Translations under genes and position numbers: made by a program | In this document: in pieces, positions 48,819 to 59,508 of the stretch | How positions within the stretch are numbered: position 1 is the stretch's first letter | Layout of the letters: each line of letters begins with the position of its first letter | Assembly: GCA_937903345.1 (NCBI GenBank) | Contig: CALCZQ010000061.1 | Span: forward strand, 46,784 to 110,783 | Length of the DNA stretch: 64,000 nucleotides | Origin: an uncultured Emticicia sp. | GTDB lineage: Bacteria; Bacteroidota; Bacteroidia; Cytophagales; Spirosomataceae | Direction of reading: 5' to 3' | Notes under the pieces: model-generated | Databases searched by the model: none | What the model saw: only the letters and a program-made list of their open reading frames with translations | Told to the model about the DNA's origin: nothing

Positions 48819-49724
48819 CTATTGAATAAAGTCGATTGCTTTGGGTTGGATGGTCATCTTCATAGGTAAAAACCCTACAAATTCACCATCCATATCAATC
48901 GGTAATTGATACTTTGACGATTCAAAAAGCAATGTCTTTGAAGTATAATATTTGACAGCTGGATGAACCAATCGCTTGCATTTTTTTAAGTTAGGAAAGT
49001 TTTTTAAATAATCGATCAAACTTACTTCACCAATAGCAATTACATTGAGCAATCCATCTGAAATATCAGCATCAGGGGCAACCCCTAAACCACTTCCAAA
49101 ATACTTTGCATTAGCTGCACAAAAATTCATCACATTACCAGAATATTCAAAATCATCGCCAGTTACTTTTAATGGTTGTGATTGGTAAATCAAAAAGTTT
49201 TTTATGATAAAATACTGATAGGTAATGATTGAACCAAATATTTTAATAGCCTCATCAAGTTGCTGTGCTATCACTCCACCAATACCAACATCAGCGATAT
49301 TGATAAAATATCGAGAAGTGTTACTCCCGTCTTTGGAGATAAATTCTGCAAAGCCTACATCTATTTTCTTAAAATTTTTCCTCAAAATTGATTCCTTTAA
49401 ACCAGTCAACGAATGAGGAGAACAAGCGGTTTTTATAAAATCATTTCCAGAACCATTTGGCACTAATCCAAGTTTTATATTTGGCAACTTTGTATTTAAA
49501 AGTCCATTTAAAACTTCGTTAAGTGTTCCATCACCTCCACAAGCAACAATGTACGTAAATCCTTCATTAACAGCAATTTCAGTTAATAAAATCGCATGTT
49601 GCTCGAACTGTGTTTCACAAATTTTTACTTGAAACAAAACTTCATCATAAACCCTTTTTATTTCATTAATCAAGCTTTTCTTTTTTCGAGCTTTTCCATT
49701 AATAATGAATGCTATTTTTATCAT
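48819..49724 (-). CDS. Diacylglycerol kinase-like lipid kinase (YegS/BmrU family)
   Basis: ACGGDGTLNEV, PNGSGNDF, FINIADVG, YFGSG and DMDGE. Confidence 0.9.
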   Translation of the reverse strand: MIKIAFIINGKARKKKSLINEIKRVYDEVLFQVKICETQFEQHAILLTEIAVNEGFTYIVACGGDGTLNEVLNGLLNTKLPNIKLGLVPNGSGNDFIKTACSPHSLTGLKESILRKNFKKIDVGFAEFISKDGSNTSRYFINIADVGIGGVIAQQLDEAIKIFGSIITYQYFIIKNFLIYQSQPLKVTGDDFEYSGNVMNFCAANAKYFGSGLGVAPDADISDGLLNVIAIGEVSLIDYLKNFPNLKKCKRLVHPAVKYYTSKTLLFESSKYQLPIDMDGEFVGFLPMKMTIQPKAIDFIQ

Positions 49725-49944
49725 AAAGGTGTATAAATAGTGGTTGAATATAACTCAAGATAGTAAAAATTATTTTATCAAAAAATCTCCATTTGCTAAT
49801 CCTGCAAACAAGCAATATTTTTAACAAGCTCCCTCAAAAACTTTCTCTATGTTTAGTTCAATATAAATTTTTCTTAAAAAAATGTATTAATCCTAACATT
49901 TTCCTGAATCAAAAAGTTAATCTTATTTAAATCTAAATTTTATC

Positions 49945-50733
49945 ATGAACCATTACATAGAATCAATTCAAGAAAAAATCGAACCTTTAAGACAGCAGAT
50001 TATCAATCATAAAGTCTATTCAGTAATCAACGACCTCGATGATTTAAAAGTTTTCATGCAGTACCATGTATATGCGGTATGGGATTTTATGTCGCTGCTC
50101 AAATCTCTGCAAAGTAATCTTACTTGCACAACAGTACCGTGGTTTCCAGTAGGGTCTGCTCAAACTCGCTATTTAATCAATGAAATCGTAGCGGGTGAAG
50201 AGTCGGATGTGGATATGAATGGCGTACGTAAAAGTCATTTTGAGCTTTACTTAGATGCCATGCATCAAGCAGAAGTAGAAACTTCTCAAATCGAAAAATT
50301 CATTTCTATTTTAAAAGAATCAGGCGATTTAGAATCATCTTTCGTTATGGCTGGAACGCCCGATGCCGCTCGAAATTTTGTGAATTTTACGTTCGATATT
50401 ATCAAAAGCAATAAATCTTATCTTCAGGCGGCTATTTTTACATTCGGTCGTGAGGATTTGATTCCTGGAATGTTTATGTCGATCATCAATGATATTCATT
50501 TGAGTGTTCCAGAGAAAATCTCTACTTTCAAATATTATCTTGAACGCCACATCGAAGTAGATGGCAATCACCACAGCCACCTAGCTTTAGAGATGACAGC
50601 CAACTTATGCGGTGAAAACGAAGAGTTTTGGAAAGAAGCTGAAGCAGCCACCATTCATTCGCTCCAGAAACGTATTGAGCTTTGGGATGGTGTTTATGAA
50701 AGTATTGAAGCTAAAAAAGTTTTCGCTTTATAA
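49945..50733 (+). CDS. DUF3050 heme-oxygenase-like protein
   Basis: HVYAVWDFMSLLKSLQ, INEIVAGEESD, SHFELY, FTFGREDLIP and YLERHIEVDGNHH. Confidence 0.85.
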   Translation: MNHYIESIQEKIEPLRQQIINHKVYSVINDLDDLKVFMQYHVYAVWDFMSLLKSLQSNLTCTTVPWFPVGSAQTRYLINEIVAGEESDVDMNGVRKSHFELYLDAMHQAEVETSQIEKFISILKESGDLESSFVMAGTPDAARNFVNFTFDIIKSNKSYLQAAIFTFGREDLIPGMFMSIINDIHLSVPEKISTFKYYLERHIEVDGNHHSHLALEMTANLCGENEEFWKEAEAATIHSLQKRIELWDGVYESIEAKKVFAL

Positions 50734-50756
50734 GATTATTTATTGTGATTAAATAC

Positions 50757-50787
50757 CTTAGGAATGACCAATTTGGACGTTCCTAAG
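50757..50787. terminator. Hairpin between convergent genes
   Basis: CTTAGGAA-tgaccaatttggacg-TTCCTAAG. Confidence 0.5.
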
Positions 50788-50800
50788 AGTAATTTTTAAT

Positions 50801-51574
50801 TTATTTTAACAGGTAAAAGCGTCTGATTCCAATAAAAACTATTGTAAATACTGTGTAAACAATAAAAAATGGAACAATGAAATTAACCAAATTGAAGGCT
50901 AACATTATGGCAATAATCAATAACTGAAAGCCCAAGCCATATATTGAAATCAATGTCATAAACCAATTGGGGAAAGTTCTTATTTTATAGGCTTCTGCAT
51001 CCAAAACATAAACAATTCTATCAAAAATGCCGTAAAGTGATACATAAATAGCAAACAATGCATTAACTGTTTTCTGATTTTCATTGGCAAACGCTTCTGG
51101 AGTTTCCGTCTCAAAAATCTTACTTGTAGCATCTCCTCCTACGGAGTTATTTCTCAGAATTACATAGTAAAAGTTATAGACAGTTCCTTGCAATTGAATA
51201 CACAAAAAAGCTATCAGTGTAAGAACCCAAGAGCTATTTGAAATAGAGCAAATAGTCATCAAAAATATAAAATTCAGTATAATATCAAAGACACTATCCA
51301 AATATCGACCTGTATAAGATGGCGTATTTTTTACTCTTGATAACTCGCCATCAGCTGCATCAAGAATAGATTTGACGATAAGAAAACAACCCGCCCACCA
51401 ATAATAAGCATTGAAAATACAATAAACTGCAATTAAGCCAGAGATTCCAAAAAGAAGCGTTAAATGAACAGGAGTAAAACGAGTATTTTTTAATTGATTA
51501 GCGATAATTTGGGCAAATGGTCTTCCATAATCAGAAAAGTCAAGAAATTTATCTTGAGCTGCAAGTTTGGACAT
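50801..51574 (-). CDS. CDP-alcohol phosphatidyltransferase family protein
   Basis: TPVHLT and LDAADGELSR...GRYLDSVFD (DxxDGxxAR...GxxLDxxxD motif). Confidence 0.9.
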   Translation of the reverse strand: MSKLAAQDKFLDFSDYGRPFAQIIANQLKNTRFTPVHLTLLFGISGLIAVYCIFNAYYWWAGCFLIVKSILDAADGELSRVKNTPSYTGRYLDSVFDIILNFIFLMTICSISNSSWVLTLIAFLCIQLQGTVYNFYYVILRNNSVGGDATSKIFETETPEAFANENQKTVNALFAIYVSLYGIFDRIVYVLDAEAYKIRTFPNWFMTLISIYGLGFQLLIIAIMLAFNLVNFIVPFFIVYTVFTIVFIGIRRFYLLK

Positions 51575-51751
51575 TAAAATTTAACATAATAATAACATTA
51601 AGACAATATAGTCATTATACAAAAGTAAATATTTTCTTTTACAGTTCTGTTTCAAAATCATAAGATTATCGAAGTATAGACCAAATATTTAATAACTCGA
51701 CTTGTCCAAACAAATATTTTCGTAATTTAGGAGACAAATTCGACCTTTACC

Positions 51752-53227
51752 ATGCAAAAGTTAATCAAAGAGTTCCTTCACGCTGAAGCAGAGTACCAAA
51801 CACGTCGCCATTTTCTGCAAACCTGCACAACGGGGCTTGGAGCAATGGCTTTTGGATCACTGCTGGGCGGATGTTCGGGAAAAGAAAACCCAGCACAAGC
51901 ACTCATAGATCCTATGTTTCCGAAGCAACCACATTTTACTCCAAAAGTAAAACAGGTGATTTATATTCACATGGCGGGGGCTCCATCGCAGCTAGAACTT
52001 TTCGACTATAAACCAGCATTGCAAAAATTTGATGGGCAGGATTGTCCACAAGAGTTTTTAGAAGGAAAAAAGTTTGCCTTCATCAGAGGAATACCCAAGA
52101 TGTTGGGTTCAATTGGTCAATTTAGTCAACACGGAAATTCAGGTGCGTTAATTTCTGACTTTCTTCCCTATCTACCTGAAGTTGCCGATGACTTAACTTT
52201 CTTGAAAGCTATGTACACCGACCAGTTCAATCATGCCCCAGCTCAATTATTAATGCACACCGGAAGTCCTAGACTGGGGCGACCGAGTATTGGTGCATGG
52301 TCAGTTTATGGTTTGGGTTCTGAAAATCAAAATCTTCCAGGATTTATTGTTTTAGCATCAGGCGGACGAAGCCCTGATGCGGGAAAAAGCGTTTGGGGAA
52401 GTGGATTTTTACCATCTATCTATCAAGGCGTTCAGTGCCGAACGGGTGGCGACCCAGTTTTGTATGTTTCTGACCCGCACGGCATGAGTCGAGATATTCG
52501 CAAACAAACCATCGAGGCTATCAACGAAATAAACAAACAACAATATGAAGCCGTACAAGACCCCGAAATCTTGACTCGTATTTCACAATACGAGATGGCG
52601 TTCAGGATGCAAATGTCTGTGCCTGAAGTGATGGACACCAGTAAAGAACCCGAATGGGTTCGTGATATGTACGGAGCTGTGCCAGGAGAAGGCTCCTTTG
52701 CAAATAACTGCCTATTGGCCAGACGTTTAGTAGAAAACGGTGTTCGTTTTGTACAGCTTTTCCATTGGGGTTGGGACTCCCATGGCACCGACCAACGCCT
52801 TTCACTTGATGGCGGTTTTAAAGATTTATGTCGAGTAACTGACCGATCAGTAACTGCCTTAATAAAAGACCTAAAAATGCGAGGTTTGCTCGACGAAACC
52901 TTGATAGTTTGGGGTGGAGAATTTGGCAGAACTCCCATGCAAGAAAACCGTGACGGACAAACCTTACCTTTTAAAGGGCGTGACCATCATCTAGATGCTT
53001 TTACCGTTTTTATGGCTGGGGGAGGACTAAATAAAGGTATGACTTTTGGCGAAACCGACGATTTAGGTTATTACGGTATAAAAGACCGTACTCACGTACA
53101 TGATTTGCAAGCAACTATTTTGCATCTCATGGGTTTTGATCACGAAAAATTAACTTATGCTTTCCAAGGGCGACCATTTAGGTTAACCGATGTTGCAGGA
53201 AAAGTGATTAAACCAATTTTAGCGTAA
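51752..53227 (+). CDS. DUF1501 domain protein with Tat-like leader
   Basis: TRRHFLQ; KQVIYIHMAGAPSQLELFDYKP; NHAPAQ; CLLARRLVENGVRFVQL; WGGEFGRTP; GRDHH; HDLQATILHLMG. Confidence 0.9.
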   Translation: MQKLIKEFLHAEAEYQTRRHFLQTCTTGLGAMAFGSLLGGCSGKENPAQALIDPMFPKQPHFTPKVKQVIYIHMAGAPSQLELFDYKPALQKFDGQDCPQEFLEGKKFAFIRGIPKMLGSIGQFSQHGNSGALISDFLPYLPEVADDLTFLKAMYTDQFNHAPAQLLMHTGSPRLGRPSIGAWSVYGLGSENQNLPGFIVLASGGRSPDAGKSVWGSGFLPSIYQGVQCRTGGDPVLYVSDPHGMSRDIRKQTIEAINEINKQQYEAVQDPEILTRISQYEMAFRMQMSVPEVMDTSKEPEWVRDMYGAVPGEGSFANNCLLARRLVENGVRFVQLFHWGWDSHGTDQRLSLDGGFKDLCRVTDRSVTALIKDLKMRGLLDETLIVWGGEFGRTPMQENRDGQTLPFKGRDHHLDAFTVFMAGGGLNKGMTFGETDDLGYYGIKDRTHVHDLQATILHLMGFDHEKLTYAFQGRPFRLTDVAGKVIKPILA

Positions 53228-53317
53228 ACCACCAATATGAGTGTCCAAATTGGACGTTTCAGCAGGCTAAATTTAACAGTAAAAACTAAATTGTAAAAGT
53301 ACTAAAACACATTTAAA

Positions 53318-53839
53318 ATGAAAATTATTACCACAATATTACTTTTAATTACTTATTTCAATGTTTTTAGTCAAAGGGATTCCGCCTATTATCATCCAAA
53401 TATCACAAAAAAACTATATTATTTAAAGCCTTTACAAAAAGTGAATGGAGCTTACTATTATGGTGAACGCCGGCTGAGCGGCTATAACTCGCTCGAAGTA
53501 CCGTTTTTTGAACTAAACGACCCCGAGGTAAATTTTCAATACCGACGCTATAAAACTTTTACAGGCATTGGGCAAGCAATTGGTTTTGTTCCAACAATCT
53601 ATTTTCTTGCTACATTTAACAAACCTAGCACTCGCCAAAGTGGTTTTTATTCAAGTACTTATTTGAGCATAATCGGGGCAACATTAGTTGGAAGCATCAC
53701 TTGTTTTTTAATTGGGAAATCTCATATAAAAAAAGCAGCAATCAAATATAACCAAGCACTTGGCCAAAACAATTTGAGTAATTTACAACTAAAAACTGAT
53801 AAAAACTCCTTAGGATTGGCACTTCGATATAATTTTTAG
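53318..53839 (+). CDS. Hypothetical exported/membrane protein
   Basis: Signal peptide (..NVFS-QR) and two internal hydrophobic segments. No family recognised. Confidence 0.6.
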   Translation: MKIITTILLLITYFNVFSQRDSAYYHPNITKKLYYLKPLQKVNGAYYYGERRLSGYNSLEVPFFELNDPEVNFQYRRYKTFTGIGQAIGFVPTIYFLATFNKPSTRQSGFYSSTYLSIIGATLVGSITCFLIGKSHIKKAAIKYNQALGQNNLSNLQLKTDKNSLGLALRYNF

Positions 53840-53890
53840 ATTCATTTATTCCCTGACAACATATACATAAAATTTACAAAAAAACATTTC

Positions 53891-53954
53891 TTGTCAGTAT
53901 TTGAAACATTTTTGGCAGTCAAAACTGAAATTTTGTCAGAAATTCTTACCTTTG
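53891..53954 (+). promoter_or_regulatory. groESL promoter: three TTG(T/G)CAG repeats at 21-bp spacing followed by a -7 box
   Basis: TTGTCAG 53891, TTGGCAG 53912, TTGTCAG 53933; TACCTTTG at 53947-53954; an inverted copy CTGACAA at 53853. Confidence 0.6.
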
Positions 53955-54132
53955 CCACTCGTTGGCAGAAATTTTGTAGCGATGTCATTATGTCTTTGAT
54001 TCGCGATTAAAGATTCGAGACGGAGAAGAAGATTCAATTTTTAAATCGTTTTTAAGACTTGTTTCTTCAGCTCTAAACCTTGTATCTCATATCTTAAACT
54101 TAAATTTTTTAAACTCAAAAACTCAAAATAAA

Positions 54133-54408
54133 ATGTCAGTAAACATTAAGCCCTTAGCAGACAGAGTATTGGTAGAAGCTGCTCCGGCAGAGGAAAAAAC
54201 AGCATTCGGTATCATCATTCCTGATACAGCAAAAGAAAAACCACAAAAAGGTATTGTCGTAGCAGCAGGTCCTGGCAAAAAAGATGAGCCAACCCTAGTA
54301 AAAGTAGGTGACAACGTACTTTATGGTAAATATGCTGGTACAGAAATAACTGTTGATGGTAAAGAGTACCTCATTATGCGTGAGTCTGATATTTACGCTA
54401 TTGTTTAA
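54133..54408 (+). CDS. groES: Co-chaperonin GroES
   Basis: [22 protein letters not shown] and YLIMRESDI. Confidence 0.98.
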   Translation: MSVNIKPLADRVLVEAAPAEEKTAFGIIIPDTAKEKPQKGIVVAAGPGKKDEPTLVKVGDNVLYGKYAGTEITVDGKEYLIMRESDIYAIV

Positions 54409-54411
54409 AGT

Positions 54412-56147
<1,736 letters not shown>

Positions 56148-56167
56148 TATCAGCCAATTCAATTTAC

Positions 56168-56203
56168 AAAAAAGGTCTTAGGAGAATTTCTAAGACCTTT
56201 TTT
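56168..56203 (+). terminator. groESL terminator
   Basis: AAAAAGGTCTTAG-gagaattt-CTAAGACCTTTTT. Confidence 0.88.
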
Positions 56204-56278
56204 GTGTTTACTCTTTTCAAAAAAACAAGAAAACTTTATTCAACAAAAATCGTTAAGTTTGTAAAAAATACTATAATT

Positions 56279-56470
56279 ATGACAGCAATTTTGGATAAAG
56301 AGTTAATCAGAAAGTCACTTATTGACTTGGCTATGGTTGAGCCAGAATTTGTAAGTGCCTTAATTTTAGAAGTTGATGCTAACTTGAAGAAGTCAAAAAA
56401 ACAACGTTTAACTGAAATTATAAAAGAAGATTTTGAAGAGTACGGTGAGGTTTTTAAGGCATTGGCATGA
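56279..56470 (+). CDS. Putative antitoxin of the Doc module (63 aa)
   Basis: ATG 56279, with TAAGTTTG box at 56254-56261. Ends IIKEDFEEYGEVFKALA. ATGA overlap with the doc gene. Confidence 0.6.
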   Translation: MTAILDKELIRKSLIDLAMVEPEFVSALILEVDANLKKSKKQRLTEIIKEDFEEYGEVFKALA

Positions 56471-56874
56471 ACATTATATATTTAGACAAAAACGATATTA
56501 CATTTATCAATCAACAAACCGTTGCTGTTCATGGTGGAAACTTCATGCCTCCAAATTATTTTCTGCATGAAGAAAATTTAGATTATCTACTTGAAGTGGT
56601 TCAAGCAGAAATGTTTGGAGAACCACTTTACCCAACAATTACAGATAAAGCAGCTGTTTATTGCTACAATATCATTTGTAATCACATTTTCTCTGATGGT
56701 AACAAACGTACAGGTTTAGAAGCCGCTCTTGCTTTTCTAAAGCTAAATGGGAATAGGTTAAATAGGAATCTCCCTCATAAACAGCTATTTGATTACATCC
56801 TAAAAATTGCTTCGGGAGAATCAAACTTAGAAGAATGCAGGTCTTGGTTTGCCGAAAATGCAGTAAAACTTTAA
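56467..56874 (+). CDS. doc: Death-on-curing (Doc/Fic) family toxin
   Basis: LYPTITDKAA and NHIFSDGNKRTG (Fic/Doc HxFxDGNKR motif), 135 aa. Confidence 0.88.
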   Translation: MNIIYLDKNDITFINQQTVAVHGGNFMPPNYFLHEENLDYLLEVVQAEMFGEPLYPTITDKAAVYCYNIICNHIFSDGNKRTGLEAALAFLKLNGNRLNRNLPHKQLFDYILKIASGESNLEECRSWFAENAVKL

Positions 56875-56953
56875 GCCAGCTTTTGAACAAAAAAGACATT
56901 TTTGACGTATTCCAATTTGAAAAGAGTGCAACCAACTATAATACTATCAAAAA

Positions 56954-57943
56954 ATGTCAACATTCCAAGCATTCTACATCACCGAAAACGAAGATAAAAC
57001 TTTCTCACAAAACATCATTGAACGTCAAATCGAAGATTTACCAGCAGGTGAAGTCTTAATCAAAGTACAATATTCTTCACTCAATTATAAAGATGCACTT
57101 TCGTCAACTGGTAATCGCGGCGTAACTCGTAATTACCCACACACACCAGGTATTGATGCCTCTGGTGTGGTTGAAGAAAGTCAATCTGTCGATTTTCAGA
57201 AAGGTGATAAAGTACTCGTAACTGGCTTCGACCTCGGCATGAACACTTCGGGCGGATTTGGACAATACATCAGAGTACCTGCTAAATGGGTTGTAAAACT
57301 TCCTCGTGGATTGAAAGCCAAAGAAAGTATGATTTTTGGTACTGCTGGACTTACCGCTGCTCTTTGTATTGATAAATTATTACAAAGCGGACTTACACCC
57401 GAAAAAGGAAAAGTTGTCGTGACGGGTGCAACGGGCGGAGTAGGTACAATGGCCGTAATGATTTTGGCAAAACTTGGCTTTCATGTTGTGGGCGTAACAG
57501 GCAAATTCGAAGGCAGAGATTATCTATTAAAAATCGGAGCGAAAGAAGTTATTTCTAGAGAGGAAGTTGATGATAAATCAAGTCGCCCATTATTGAAAGG
57601 AATTTATGCAGGTTGTGTCGATACAATAGGCGGAAATATACTCGCAACTATCTTAAAATCAATGCAATACAATGGAGTTGTAGCAATTTGTGGTTTAGTT
57701 AATTCGCCCCAATTGCCAACGAGTGTATTTCCTTTTATCCTGCGTGGCGTATCGATGTTTGGTATCGACTCGTCAGAATGTGATATTGAATGGCGTAAAA
57801 AACTTTGGAAAAACCTCGCCAAAAACTGGAAACCTTCTGATATTCAGTCAATTACCAAAACCGTTACATTAAAAGGGCTTTCTAAAGAAATCAAGAAAAT
57901 TTTGAAAGGCGGACAAATAGGTCGTGTAATTGTTAGATTATAA
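56954..57943 (+). CDS. YhdH/AcuI-family zinc-independent quinone oxidoreductase (MDR)
   Basis: YSSLNYKDALS, PGIDASG, GTAGLTAAL, VTGATGGVG and PFILRGV. Confidence 0.92.
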   Translation: MSTFQAFYITENEDKTFSQNIIERQIEDLPAGEVLIKVQYSSLNYKDALSSTGNRGVTRNYPHTPGIDASGVVEESQSVDFQKGDKVLVTGFDLGMNTSGGFGQYIRVPAKWVVKLPRGLKAKESMIFGTAGLTAALCIDKLLQSGLTPEKGKVVVTGATGGVGTMAVMILAKLGFHVVGVTGKFEGRDYLLKIGAKEVISREEVDDKSSRPLLKGIYAGCVDTIGGNILATILKSMQYNGVVAICGLVNSPQLPTSVFPFILRGVSMFGIDSSECDIEWRKKLWKNLAKNWKPSDIQSITKTVTLKGLSKEIKKILKGGQIGRVIVRL

Positions 57944-57979
57944 AAAATTATTATCTTTGAAGGCATAAACCCTAATCAT

Positions 57980-59155
57980 ATGCCTGTTCTAACTCGCCTT
58001 ACTTCGGCCGATGTCTATCGTGGCTTTGTTATGCTTCTGATGATGGCCGAAGTCCTACATTTCGGAGAAGTTTCCGAAACACTTCCCGAAAGTACTTTTT
58101 GGTCATTTCTTGCCTTTCATCAAGACCACGTTGAGTGGGTTGGCTGCTCACTTCACGATATGATTCAGCCTTCATTTTCGTTTTTGGTCGGAGTGGTTCT
58201 CCCCTATTCTATTGCCAGCCGCCTTACGCAAGAAAGTAGTTTCAGTAAAGTTTTTGTTCACGCCCTCAAACGCTCATTGATTTTAATTTTATTGGGTATT
58301 TTTCTACGTTCGCAGTACAAAACCCAAACCTACTTCACTTTTGAAGACACTCTCAGCCAAATCGGCTTGGGTTATCCAATCTTATTTTTGCTAGGTTTTC
58401 GTTCGCAGAAAATCCAAATTTCAGTACTTATCCTTATTCTTGTAGCTTATTGGCTAGCTTTTGCCCTATATCCGCTTCCCACCGCCAATTTTGATTATGC
58501 AAGTGTAGGAGTTGCCAAAGATTGGGAGCATAATCTGACAGGTTTTGCGGCTCATTGGAATAAAAATACCAACTTCGCTTGGGCATTTGACCAATGGTTT
58601 CTAAATCTCTTTCCGAGAGAAAAACCATTTATTCGCAATGGTGGAGGCTACTCAACTTTAAGTTTTATTCCTACACTCGGAACAATGATTTTAGGACTTT
58701 TAGCGGGAAATATTCTAAAATCTGGTATTCTCCCTTACGAAAAACTAAAGAAATTTATTATTCTTGGTGTTTCTGGTTTGGTTATTGGTTTGATTCTAAA
58801 TCTACTTGGCATCTGTCCGAATGTGAAACGTATCTGGACTCCAACGTGGGTTATTTTCAGTGGAGGACTTTGCTTTTTGTTCTTATCTTTCTTTTATTGG
58901 ATAATCGAGATCAAAGAAAAAACAAACTGGGCGTACTTTCTGAAAATAATAGGTATGAATTCGATTGCAGCTTACTGCATTGCTGACGCACTAGGAGTTT
59001 ATATCTCAAAATCGCTCAAAATTCATTTAGGCGAAGATTATGCCACTATTTTCGGAATTCCGTATCAATCACTTATTCATGGAGGATTGATGTTACTAAT
59101 TTATTGGCTGCTTCTTCAATGGCTTTATAAAAAGAAAATTTTTATTAAAATTTAA
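57980..59155 (+). CDS. DUF5009/HGSNAT (NagX-like) membrane acyltransferase
   Basis: RLTSADVYRG, HVEWVGCSLHDMIQPSFSFLVG, VKRIWTPTW and GMNSIAAY. Confidence 0.85.
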   Translation: MPVLTRLTSADVYRGFVMLLMMAEVLHFGEVSETLPESTFWSFLAFHQDHVEWVGCSLHDMIQPSFSFLVGVVLPYSIASRLTQESSFSKVFVHALKRSLILILLGIFLRSQYKTQTYFTFEDTLSQIGLGYPILFLLGFRSQKIQISVLILILVAYWLAFALYPLPTANFDYASVGVAKDWEHNLTGFAAHWNKNTNFAWAFDQWFLNLFPREKPFIRNGGGYSTLSFIPTLGTMILGLLAGNILKSGILPYEKLKKFIILGVSGLVIGLILNLLGICPNVKRIWTPTWVIFSGGLCFLFLSFFYWIIEIKEKTNWAYFLKIIGMNSIAAYCIADALGVYISKSLKIHLGEDYATIFGIPYQSLIHGGLMLLIYWLLLQWLYKKKIFIKI

Positions 59156-59186
59156 ACTAAACGTATAAAATCTTTTTGTATTAATT

Positions 59187-59224
59187 ATCCCTAATCTTCT
59201 GAATAAGATTGGGGATTTTTTTAT
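59187..59224 (+). terminator. Intrinsic terminator
   Basis: ATCCCTAATCTT-ctgaat-AAGATTGGGGAT plus U tract. Confidence 0.82.
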
Positions 59225-59508
59225 TTCGCAGAATGCATTTTTATAGCACTAAAGCACCTTAACCTAATTTATGTATAACAATTATTCTCTTTTATTATCA
59301 AGTATATGAATTTTGCAATCTATACAAATAATTGTGTAATACTTACTGAAAATATTTGCTCCAATTTTGCATGGTAAAAATTATTTCTTTATTGCAGCAT
59401 TCGATTTTACATAGAACTTCTACTAAAAGTGTAATTTTTGTGAAATGAAATAATTTTTAGAATAATTTTGAAACATTTTACTATTTTTTTACTAAAATAA
59501 TTTTAAAA

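Noticed and set aside
53840-54132. CIRCE/HrcA operator or riboswitch in the groES leader
   Set aside because: No TTAGCACTC-N9-GAGTGCTAA and no recognisable riboswitch consensus.
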